NCBI GenBank assembly: GCA_026026165.1
Contig: JAPEUD010000081.1
Span: 1-64,000, forward strand
Length of the DNA stretch: 64,000 bases
Reading direction: 5' to 3'
From: Sarea resinae
Taxonomy: Eukaryota
The position numbers and the translations under genes were made by a program. Position 1 is the stretch's first letter. Each line of letters starts with the position of its first letter. Of this stretch, positions 10,389 through 20,584 are shown one piece after another. Below the pieces are notes generated by a model, which had not been told where the DNA came from, ran no database searches, and saw only the letters and a program-made list of their open reading frames with translations.

Positions 10389-12125
10389 ATGGGCGCTATC
10401 ATGTTCCACGTGAGGCGGGCATGCGAGAAAGTTTTGAACACTCCGAAATATCTCTTGGCCACCGTTGTGATTTCAATTGGCGGATTTCTGAACGGGTAAG
10501 AGTCCTATACTGCATCACCCGGACCTCAATTAAGATTGACAAAAGCTATGACACCGGCTCGATCGGATCGATTACGACCATGCCTTATTTCAGTAAAGAC
10601 ATCGAAGTGCTATCGCCGACGATGCGCGGCTTCACGGTTTCGCTGATTATGCTGGCTGGTGCGGTCCCGTCGTTGTTTGCTGGCCATGTCGCCGATCGAT
10701 ACGGCCATCTCCACGTGGTCCTGGCTGGAGCGATCCTCTTCGCGGTCGGCGCTGCTCTTGAAGCCGGTTCAGTCAACCTCGCAATGCTTCTAGTGGGACG
10801 GATTCTTTGCGGTGGTGGCGAGGGCCTCTATCTGGGGAATCTAAACGTGTAAGTACTCTATAATCAGCACAAGTGTCATTGACTGAGGGACAAAGGTATA
10901 TCTGCGAAATAGCTCCGATGAAACGGCGAGGAGTGTTGGTTGCGGTGCCGCAGCTTTTGGTCACGTTGGGGATATGCACTGGGTATTTCACTTGCTATGG
11001 GTCGACACGGATACCTTCGTCGCTATCATGGCGCCTACCATTCATCATTCAAGCAGCTGGAGGAACCGTCATGGCCATGACTTGCGTCTTTCTACCCAAC
11101 TCACCTCGCTGGTTGATGCTACATGGACGCCGCGATGAGGCAATCTTCAACATCGAACGCCTAAATCTGTCTGCAGCTGAGGCAGAGAAAGATATCCTGC
11201 AAGCCGGAGAAGAAAGCTTCCGAGGAAATCCTCGGCAAACCTCTTTGATACAGGGATATCTGATCTCCTTTCAAAAGCGATACCGATCAAGGACCTTCCT
11301 TGCTCTGTTTATTCTGGGAATGGTCCAGTTGTGCGGTATCGATGGCATACTTTACGTGAGCATTGGTCTATTGTTTCGGAAACCGGGTCATTGCTGATTG
11401 ACAATAGTACGCGCCTACGCTCTTTGCACAGGCTGGTCTATCGGTCTCGTCGGCATCTTTCGTGGCCTCGGGAGTATCGGGCATTCTGATGTTAGCAATA
11501 ACGATTCCAGCCTTTCTCTTGGTTGATCACTGGGGTCGTCGGACTTGCGTCATTGTTGGAGGCACATCCTTGACCGCCTGCATGTTTATCATTGGAAGTC
11601 TGTATGCTTCCAACAGCGTCCATGGCCACAAAGGCGCCGGCAGATGGGTGGTGATAGTCTTCATCTTTGTCTTTGCCCTGACATACTGCTCGACTTGGGG
11701 AATTGTTGGTAAGATCTATGCCAGTGAGATCCAACCAGCGCAGACTAGGGCTGCGGCAAACAGCTTGGCGCAGGGATTGAACTTTGTGAGTGGCCTTTCT
11801 AATAGTCACCCTCCGTCTCCTGTGCTGATCGTTGCAATTCTAGTTTACCAACTGGATCGTTGCTTTCGCTACGCCAATCTTCCTCGCGCATTCTTCTTAC
11901 GGGCCTTATTTTCTATTCGGATCTCTATCGCTGATCACTGTCGTGGTTCTCGTTATGTTCATGCCCGAGACACAAGGCCGATCGTTGGAATCGATTCAAG
12001 GGGCCTTCCACAAGCCCGCCATGATCGGTTCGTTGGCTTCCATTTCTAAGCTATTCTCTAAAGGCCGTGGTGGAAATGACTTTCCGTCTGAGCTCGCCTA
12101 TGCCAGCGAAATAGAGATGCTCTAG
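10389..12125 (+). CDS. MFS sugar porter family transporter (multi-exon)
   Basis: GGFLNG|YDTG, ADRYG, EIAP..RRG, PNSPRWL, VQLCGID, DHWGRR, SEIQP and PETQGRSLE sugar-porter motifs; four GT-AG introns (first 10496-10545). Confidence 0.92.
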
Positions 12126-12694
12126 AGGTCCGAATGCGAATTCAGGGCCGTTTCTGTCATATATCGAGTATGTAGAGCTTATCAAGTAGCGGGCATATTG
12201 AGTACTCGTGCGATTCAGAGGCCTTTGCCCGACTCCACAGATATTAGTGTAGATCGCTGCTGAAGTGGGTGTCACTAACCAGGGCGTGCTAAAAGCCTCT
12301 GAACGGCGCGAGTAGAATAGGAAGTCAGCCATAAACTTTCGCCAAAATAAGAAATGACCGACGATCGCGGGATCTAATTCCTCGCGATACCTTCCCATTC
12401 TGAACAGGTAATTTACCCGACTGTTTCCCTACCCTGATGCCGCCCCTCTATTTTCCAAGACCCCACAGTCCCCACAGACATCGGTTTATTGTTGTCCGAC
12501 GCGGGTCCTTGTGCGGGTCCCGATGCCGGGCGGTCCGGGCCTAGAAATCTCGGGCGCGTTTGTTTCCGCTCGCAATGCTGGCATCTCAACGGTTGGATGT
12601 CTTATAAATGCGTGATGATTCTTTAGATGGGTTCTGTTGTCATTCCAGTCAGTCAGCCTTGCGCGCCTCGCAATAGTCAGAAGCTTTTTACAAT

Positions 12695-13666
12695 ATGTCG
12701 TCAGTCCTCCAGACTTCTGCACCTGCTGCAAGCACAAGAGCAATCGAAGCCGTTCGGGCGCATCAGCTACAACTAGATAGCCTCAGCAAAGCTCGCAGGA
12801 CGACGATTGTGGTGTTTGCCGCGCTCTCCCATCTGCTGATAGTGAGCAAACAACCTCCCATCTTCAATCAGCCAACTTGAGCTAACTTTCAGATGAGGGT
12901 ATGACTCTCGGCGCCGGTATCCTCACCAGCCTCAAGTCGTACAAGAGCCCGCACCTCTCGGAAACGTATCGAGTGGCAAGGATGGCCGGTTCCTACCCGT
13001 GAGTTTCCATCCCCGTGGAAACTCATAGACGCTCTGTACATGGAAGTAGGGTTGATATATTTGGCTTTGTCTGAATTCCCCGTCTGTCCGCGCGGCGACG
13101 GTGACAGGATCATGCAATACGCCGTCATGAACCTCGGAGGCCAGCTCGGTCACCGTCACGGCGAGAAACGTATCTTAGCTCTGGCGGCAACCTGGTGGAT
13201 CATCGGATCTTTCCTCTGCGGATTCACGCGCGGGATTGAAAATACGAATGCTGTCTTGGCTCTGACCACCATTGGCGGCGCTCTCGTCGTGCCGAATGCG
13301 ATGGCGCTTGTCAAAAGAGTTGCTCCTGTCGGAAAACAAGGGCAGGGCGCTTTGATGCTATTTGGGGCCATGGGGCCGGTCGGCGCGGCCAGAGGGCGTG
13401 TCTTGCTCCACACGGAATTCGAGTGGGGCCTGGCGAATATGGAGTCATTTTCTCGGCTGTGAGGGCGTGCATTCTTGGTATTCGTAATATACCATCCCAG
13501 AGTCGCTGACTTCAATCTACGTCCAGTACCATCATCGGCATCCTTCTATTCGCTGTTCTACTCGCCGCTCTTCCGGCTGACGATCACGTCTGCAAAAAAC
13601 AAAGGGTGGCAGGGACTGGTCGAGGAAGGGAGGTCTACTTTGCTATCGGAGGTCTTGTCCTTTTGA
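12695..13666 (+). pseudogene. Degenerate DHA2/ATR1-like MFS drug transporter fragment
   Basis: GGQLGHRHGEKRILAL..WWIIGSFLCGF..ALTTIGGALVVPNAMAL..LFGAMGPVGAA resembles the N-terminal half of a DHA2 transporter. There is an in-frame TGA just after the first intron (12842-12891), and the C-terminal half is absent. Confidence 0.65.
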
Positions 13667-14337
13667 GTCTGACATTGAACGTGGTTCTATAGACCGCAAC
13701 ATCTCGAGGCGAGGGGCATAGAATTCAGAATGCGATTCCGATAATTACAATTTAATTTTACCCTTAATTGGGAGCTATATATACGTCATTGTTTCACCGA
13801 GAACAGTTTGCTTTCCCACGGTTAAGCGAAAAGGTAGCTCCTCCTATGATAGGCTCTTAGTTGGCGAGCAGTGCCGCCTGGTGAGTGTAATAACGCTGAT
13901 CCTCTTCGGCGATAGCTTATTTCGACAGATAAGAAGATAACATTGGCTGTCTAAACGAAGTTGCCTATTTAGGTTCTCTCACCAGGCAGCAACACTAGCT
14001 TAGGAGATACGCGATGTTAGGAAGCAACAGGGAAGAAGTTCGGGTGTCAGGTGACAGGAATTCATTAGTCAGCATATTAAGGGAGGCAGGGTTTTGTTGT
14101 TGTGGAACCAGGATCGTTTCCTCTTTCGCTTCTGAGCTGGACATGACTTGAACGCGATACCATCATCGTTATCATCGTCACAATCATCACAATCATCTCG
14201 TCATCATCATCACAATCATCATCACGCCTGAAGCATCCTACCGGTAAGTTTGACCGGCTACTATACCATCACCGCTCCGAATCTCCCAGAGAGGCTGATC
14301 ATCGTTCTATTGTCATCACCAGACGCCGTTGAGATCA

Positions 14338-15242
14338 TGTTGTCCTCTCAGTCAAAGCAAGCCGATACCGTGACCGTCTTTCCGAGCGATGTTCTCTTGA
14401 ATGTTGGGCAAACCTTGAGCGGCCGTGAAGTCACCACTGTAACGCTACCACGCGTGACGACCTGCAAAGATGCCATCGATATCGCGACGGCCGGCATTGC
14501 GAACTTGGATGCGACTGTAATGATCATGAAGCCTCTCTCCCGTCGCGAAAAAGAAGCCCTTCGAATGGAAGCATTGCGCGAAGTGGAACCGTCTGACTCG
14601 CAGACGAGGTTCTCGCACATCCGAATCTCCCCGAACACCAAGGTAAACACTGATTTTACACCAAGTCCAGCACCTATCAACACCAAAGAACGACTCAGAG
14701 AAAATGCTAAGAGCTGGGAACCAGTGAATAAAGATCCCTACATCACACAGGTCCGCGCAACAGCAGAAGAGAAACGTCTGGCAGCTGTGAGCGGCATACT
14801 ACGATTGAATGGATGTGATTCGGAGCACCATGATCCAATTGGAGATGTTGTGTGTCACAATATGCTCTGGGATACAGGAGCTCATAGCTGCACTATCACG
14901 GAGGACCTTCTCGACGATGAATTTCGGGCGTACCTTCGATCTCCTCAGCACGAGCCATACAGGAACAACAAACGCACTCTTGTTCAAGTGGACGGTCTAC
15001 TTGCATACTCAAATACTGATTTGGAATTCTCGTGCATATTTGAAGTCGTCTCAACAGATCTCGTGCCCAACAGACGAAGCGGTGTGATACTTGGGCAGCG
15101 CACCTTCCTAGACAGTTTGGTGTATAAGTCTATTCCAAGGAACATACTAATCGCTAAAGGCCAAACGGTGGGAGAGGAGATATGGGGCGATTTGATCTTT
15201 GAAGAGTTTGTCACGCTTTTCCAAGAAATACAGCAACTGTAG
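14338..15242 (+). CDS. Intronless protein with a C-terminal retropepsin-like (single-lobe aspartyl protease) domain
   Basis: ~301 aa ORF from ATG 14338; contains MLWDTGAHSCTI (hydrophobic-DTG motif) and a downstream GVILGQ motif; only one DTG. Confidence 0.65.
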
Positions 15243-15486
15243 ATGGCTTAGACGCGCAAGAAGAATCCAAGAGCCAGTCAATGTGTCGAATGGATTGTCG
15301 AGCGCCTTATGTGCTGGCTCAGGTCTGGAGCTCCAATTTTCCACCTGAGCCATCTTTCTGGCTTCATTGCGACATCAAAGGCATCAAGTCCGCATTGACA
15401 TTCAACCAGCACACGATAAGGAAAGATTGCGATCATTGGGAAGTGTTGACGCCCGTCACCGTTGTATACCGACACCTACCAAGGCC

Positions 15487-16533
15487 ATGGCTTCTACGAC
15501 TACCACGATACCCCGCGGACTGCGGAAAGGCAACACGATCGCATTCGTTTCCCCTTCAGCTCGCCTGAAACATGAACTGCCCGCGCCCCTTGCCCGCGCA
15601 AAAGCCTACCTTGAGAAATCAGGTTATCGCGTCCGGATCATCTTCAACGACTCGCCCTGCGAGAACTTCAGAGAGTCTGTGCTTCAGCGCTGCGAAGAGC
15701 TCCATTCCGCCTTTCGTGACCCGGATATCAAAGCCATCCTCTGCACCGTCGGCGGCAGCTCGGCCAACGACTTAATCCGCCATCGGGACTACAAGCTCAT
15801 CCGCGCGACTTCGAAGATCTTCTGCGGATACTCGGACATCACCGTCTTACATTATGCCATCTTCACGCTGGCAGGTCTTCGGACTTTCTACGGTCCAGCA
15901 GCCATGACGGAATTGGGTGATTATCCAGAGCCGTTGCAGTTCACGACAGACCACTTCTGGCATGTGCTTGAGGCAAGGTCTGCCGGAAAGGCGTTTGGAA
16001 CCTTGCCTCGATCATCCGCATGGGCTGAAACGCTACCGGACTTTGGCCCCGACGAGGCCATCCAAAAATCTAGTGAACTGTCGCCGTCGCTACCATGGAC
16101 ATGGCTCAGACCCGGGAAAGCAAAAGGTCGATTATTCGGTGGGTGCTTGCCGTCGTTTTTGCGGCTCACGGGGACGAAGTTCTGGCCCGACCACCGCGGC
16201 CGGATCCTCCTGCTCGAGAATCCGATGGGAGAACAGATGACGGATCCGCTCCCTCTGGTGAAGACTCGGGCCATGATGGCGGATTTGGCCAATGCTGGTA
16301 TCTTCGAGGAGATCAGCGGGCTGGTGGTGGGAAGACCGTTTGCGTATGATGAGAAGCTGCGTGAGGAATTCGCGCAGATGATTACCGACCAGTGCTACGG
16401 GACTGATTTCCCTATCCTTCCTAATGTTGACGTGGGTCATACCGACCCTGTCCTTACTGTGCCTCTTGATGCTGTGGTCGTGCTGGACTCGGACCGAGAT
16501 GAATTTTCAATTCTCGAAGCCGGAGTGTTATAA
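15487..16533 (+). CDS. Peptidase S66 (LD-carboxypeptidase / MccF-like serine peptidase)
   Basis: GNTIAFVSPS, KAILCTVGG, GYSDIT (Ser), FYGP, GRLFGGCL, LLLENP (Glu), GLVVGRP and DVGHTDP (His); intronless. Confidence 0.93.
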   Translation: MASTTTTIPRGLRKGNTIAFVSPSARLKHELPAPLARAKAYLEKSGYRVRIIFNDSPCENFRESVLQRCEELHSAFRDPDIKAILCTVGGSSANDLIRHRDYKLIRATSKIFCGYSDITVLHYAIFTLAGLRTFYGPAAMTELGDYPEPLQFTTDHFWHVLEARSAGKAFGTLPRSSAWAETLPDFGPDEAIQKSSELSPSLPWTWLRPGKAKGRLFGGCLPSFLRLTGTKFWPDHRGRILLLENPMGEQMTDPLPLVKTRAMMADLANAGIFEEISGLVVGRPFAYDEKLREEFAQMITDQCYGTDFPILPNVDVGHTDPVLTVPLDAVVVLDSDRDEFSILEAGVL

Positions 16534-16972
16534 CAAGTTCAGATAGGATTGTTAAGTGCTAGGCAGCGGCTAGAGGATAATACAGCTGGAATTGGTGCTA
16601 TAGCTGCTATAACATTAGCAACTCATTATAGTTCTCTATCTTTGTTAGATTTCACATAGTCATATAGAAATAAAGGCCGTGCGTGAATTTTTCCGAAAGC
16701 GAGCAAGGCCTAGCATAGAGCACGGAGCACAAAACGCGGCGTCTAGATGTGTTTCCAAAACATTCCAACCATTCTTATTAGCTACAAGACACGAGAGCCT
16801 GTTAGCAGGGGATCGACCTTGCTCCAGACGGAAACGAAAACCAGTGCACCAATTCCCTTCCACCATTCCCCATCACCAATTCCGTTTCACCGATCCCTTT
16901 GACCAATTCCCTTCCTTTGCCAATTCCCTCCACAACCCCATGAACCAATTCCCATCACCCCGCGCCCAATGC

Positions 16973-18298
16973 TCAGGAAGATGAAGGCCCACCAATGGTG
17001 ACAGTCAGAAGCTGAGGACTGGGGTCCGAAACAACACCAGACTCGTTCTCGCCGGCTGGGTTCACGTCATCGTATGGGAAAGCGTATCCCTTGCCATCGA
17101 CCTCGTACTGATGCACAAACTTGCTGTACCAGTTCGTCGGCGAGGTGGTATAGTAGGAGCTCGAGCCGAGGCTGGGCTGCACGTTGCCGCCGGACAGCAG
17201 AAGCGTGGTGCGATCAAAGGCGGCGCAGAGCCGTGGAACGACGGCGGAGTGGATGTCATTGTCACCGGACACGATGCTAAAGGGACCGGTGTTGCAGCCA
17301 AAGATATCTTCGGCGCTGGGCTTCGCGTAACCGCGGTTGTCGCCGGCGCAGGTGAGGTTGCTGCCGGAGACGCTGCAGCTGACGTTGCCGGCCGAGCCCT
17401 GGGTGTCGATGGTCAGGTCCGAGCTGGTGTACTGCGACCAGACTTGGTCTATGTATTCGGTCCAGTAGTCGCTAAAGGCGGATGTGTTTGAGCTGACAAA
17501 GTCGCTCGGGGCAATCGCGCGCAGGTAATTTCCGCTGCTGTCCGACTGGCAAAGGGAGCCCCAAGGCTGGCCATCAGAGCTTCCTTGCGTGGCCAGAGCG
17601 CCGCAGATCTCCGAGACGGCATTGGCTGATAGGCCTTGGGCGGTCTGGGTGCTGCCATCGCCGGCGAGGAGTTCCATGCCAAGGATGAGGCCGACAAAGT
17701 CGACGTAGCTAATGTTTGCATAGAGACCACCGTCGGCGGTGTTGGTCAGCTCCACAAAGCCCCAGTTGACGCCAGCATTGGGATCGTCGGGGTTCACAGA
17801 GGAAGGCGTCACGACAGAAGTCCCGCCGCTCTCATCTTCGAGGACGAAGAATGTCAACTCCCCGACGGCAAAGTACACGCGGGCAGAAGAGATGTAGTCG
17901 GGAAGCGTGAATTTCGTAGTAGTGCCTTCAGCGCCGACAGCCAATGCCACATTTGTGGTGATTGCCGTGGGGGTGGACGAGGTTGCCACGGGTACGTACC
18001 AACTGCCATCGGACTGGAGGAAGACCACTTGGTTGTCGGTATTTAGGCCCGTGACGTACGCGTTGATTGATCCGCTGCCGCTGAAGTTGTTGACGAAAGA
18101 TAGTGGGAGCTCCTGGGTGGACTCCGGCCCGTGCGTGGTGCCGTTGCTGATGGGAGTGGAGGACCCGTTGATGGTGTTTTTGCTGGTGATGATGAGATTC
18201 TGTGCAGTGCCAGGGTGGACTGGCTGGACGGGGGCGGCCAATGTACGGCCGAGGAGGGCGGCGGTAGCCGCGAAGGCGAAGCTCGAGAGGAAACGCAT
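16973..18298 (-). CDS. Secreted GH64 endo-beta-1,3-glucanase
   Basis: Signal peptide MRFLSSFAFAATAALLGRTLA; SARVYF, WGFVELT, YANISYVDFVG, DIFGC..GPF, PRLCAAF and GYAFPYDDV GH64 motifs; intronless. Confidence 0.93.
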   Translation of the reverse strand: MRFLSSFAFAATAALLGRTLAAPVQPVHPGTAQNLIITSKNTINGSSTPISNGTTHGPESTQELPLSFVNNFSGSGSINAYVTGLNTDNQVVFLQSDGSWYVPVATSSTPTAITTNVALAVGAEGTTTKFTLPDYISSARVYFAVGELTFFVLEDESGGTSVVTPSSVNPDDPNAGVNWGFVELTNTADGGLYANISYVDFVGLILGMELLAGDGSTQTAQGLSANAVSEICGALATQGSSDGQPWGSLCQSDSSGNYLRAIAPSDFVSSNTSAFSDYWTEYIDQVWSQYTSSDLTIDTQGSAGNVSCSVSGSNLTCAGDNRGYAKPSAEDIFGCNTGPFSIVSGDNDIHSAVVPRLCAAFDRTTLLLSGGNVQPSLGSSSYYTTSPTNWYSKFVHQYEVDGKGYAFPYDDVNPAGENESGVVSDPSPQLLTVTIGGPSSS

Positions 18299-20584
18299 GG
18301 CGACAAGCGCGCGGAAATGCTCGTGCTCAGTAGATGATGCTAAGATCAAGCAGAAAAGATCAACTGTAATGAGAGACTGTTGCAGAGAAAGACCACCAAA
18401 GAACGACTGCTGCTGTGAAGAATGACCGACTGCTTTGAGGAATGAAAGCCATTCGAAGGGCATCTGAAGCCCTTCATATATACACATCCTCTCGAAACGC
18501 AGACATATCATCTGTTAGGCATCCTACCTCGGAGCCAACCCTTTCGCTCGCGATTGGTTACATCGCAGATGACAAGATGGCAAGGCCACCAGAAACGAGG
18601 AGATGGCTCGATGTGAAAGGACAAAGATTCAAGAAGGAAGGTGGCTTCCAGCACTATTTTGCGTCTCCCAGGTTGGATGACCAACTCGATTCAACCTCGC
18701 CAGGATGGGGACGAACGCTTGACATGAAAGATCCAACAGTCGAAACGTCTGGGCGTAAGGCGGCCAGGGGTTTTGACAGGCAAGCAGCAGTATCCATGGT
18801 ACAATGCTGCCATGGGCCATCAGCTGCGGAGGCCACGAGTATCGAGGCCAGAAAGACCAACCGGCCCCAACGTCTCATTCGCAACCGGAGTCGTTTTCGC
18901 TGGCGTGAAGAGTGCTAGGCCAGTGTGCAAGACTGTATGGGCGATGAGGAGGGTAGTATTGCGTCTGCGGCGCCAGTTGTGATTTTGGATAGTTGGAGGT
19001 CACTCCGTTACTGGAAATGGCTCTCGACAACCCTGCCGTGTCAATCTCCGGTTAGCGTGTCGAGCGAGTACAACGGTCAAGTACATTAGTCTCGCACTAC
19101 CGCGGTACGACGGTGTACTCGGAGTACATCGATCACGCGGCGCGGCACGGCAGATGTCCTGGGCAGATGATGGCGGAAAGGTGCCAGCGCCCGCCGTGAG
19201 TCGTGCCTGGAGAAGAACGAATGAGAACAAGATCGAAGAGCTGTCAGGTTGGGCGGCATAGCCAGCCATCGTCGCCATCGTCGCCATCGTCGCCATCGTT
19301 CGCAGGTGCGTGCATTGCCCTGGCATTCCCCTGAAGCTAAACCGCTCCGGGCAACCGCCAGCCCTGTCGCGAAGTGATCTGAGCGTCAAGCTCCAGGGCT
19401 GCCGGGTCGGGTTACATTGTGCTAATTGCACGTGTGGCCTCGAACGGTTTCAGGTGATTCTTCCAACAACTCGACGAAGAAGGGATGCAAAGCACGGATG
19501 ACAGAGCAGGGCACGACCTGGGAAGATGGCGAATCCCCCGGCACTAGAGTGCACATGAGCTAGTAGACGGAGACGGCTGATAATCCAGCCGCTGATAAGG
19601 TGGCCGATACGGAAACTGCATGTTGACACTCAACCCGAACATGCTCCGCAGAGGGCAAGAAGCACGAAGCCAGCGCAAAAAGATCCAGTGGCGAGATGCA
19701 TCAGGCGTAAGTATGCAAGACTCTAGATGCTTTTCCCATTTCAATCCTTCGTCGCGCAAGACGCGGCTTGAAGACCAACATGTCCCGACAGAGCCGGCAC
19801 GATCATACCCTATATCGCGCTGGGCCAGAGTTGGAGGATCATCGCGCTCGAACGCGCAACTCTGTCGATGGCCCATGATCTCCCTCGGATAGGCCATTGA
19901 GAGCGGGAATCTTCTCATCGTTGCAGATACCGTCGAGCTAGACAGAGTGCGTTGGGTGTAAGCCGATCCCAGAGACCCAAGGCACATCCACAGCCATGGC
20001 CGTGAAGTCCAGTTGGTCCGTTCCCGTCATCGAGGCCATGTGCTCTCATCATGGAGCATCTGGTGGGTGACGCTCCTATGGCGATGCGGCTCGGAGAAGA
20101 TGGGAAGTCCGGTCTGAAGGACATGAAGGTACGGGATGCTGTACGTCGACCCAGAGATATCGGATACGAAGATCCGATCCAACTCCAATTCCCCACCTCT
20201 CTACTCTCTTGAGCCACTGATGTGTCCTTCCACAATGACTCGAGATCAAGCGCAAACTATCACCAATGTCGATTATTTTGGAGACAGACGGCTACAGCTT
20301 GCACTGGGTCGGATTTCATCGGATGGGACCATGGGAGAATTGGAGAGGCCATCGGCTGGACTAGGCCCCCCACTCCCCGCCCCCAATTCGGCAGCGGGGA
20401 GCGGCAGCGGCAGCGCCAACGACGGCGGGGCATTCTTTTGTGAGCGAATATCGCCGAATCCGAGTTCCCACAAATCTCCTTCACAGCCTTCGAGAATACA
20501 ATGAATCTTGCTCTGTTCATCAGATAGCGTTGGAGATTGTTCGTGCGACTCGATTCCGCCCTCTCAGCTTAGGGTAAGAACGCC

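Noticed and set aside
16848..16953. CRISPR-like array
   Set aside because: Eukaryotic context; 8-10 bp units with irregular short spacers; no cas genes.
19500..20500. Possible gene relic between GH64 and the NRPS-like gene
   Set aside because: Only short ORFs with chance-level motifs; no family could be supported.
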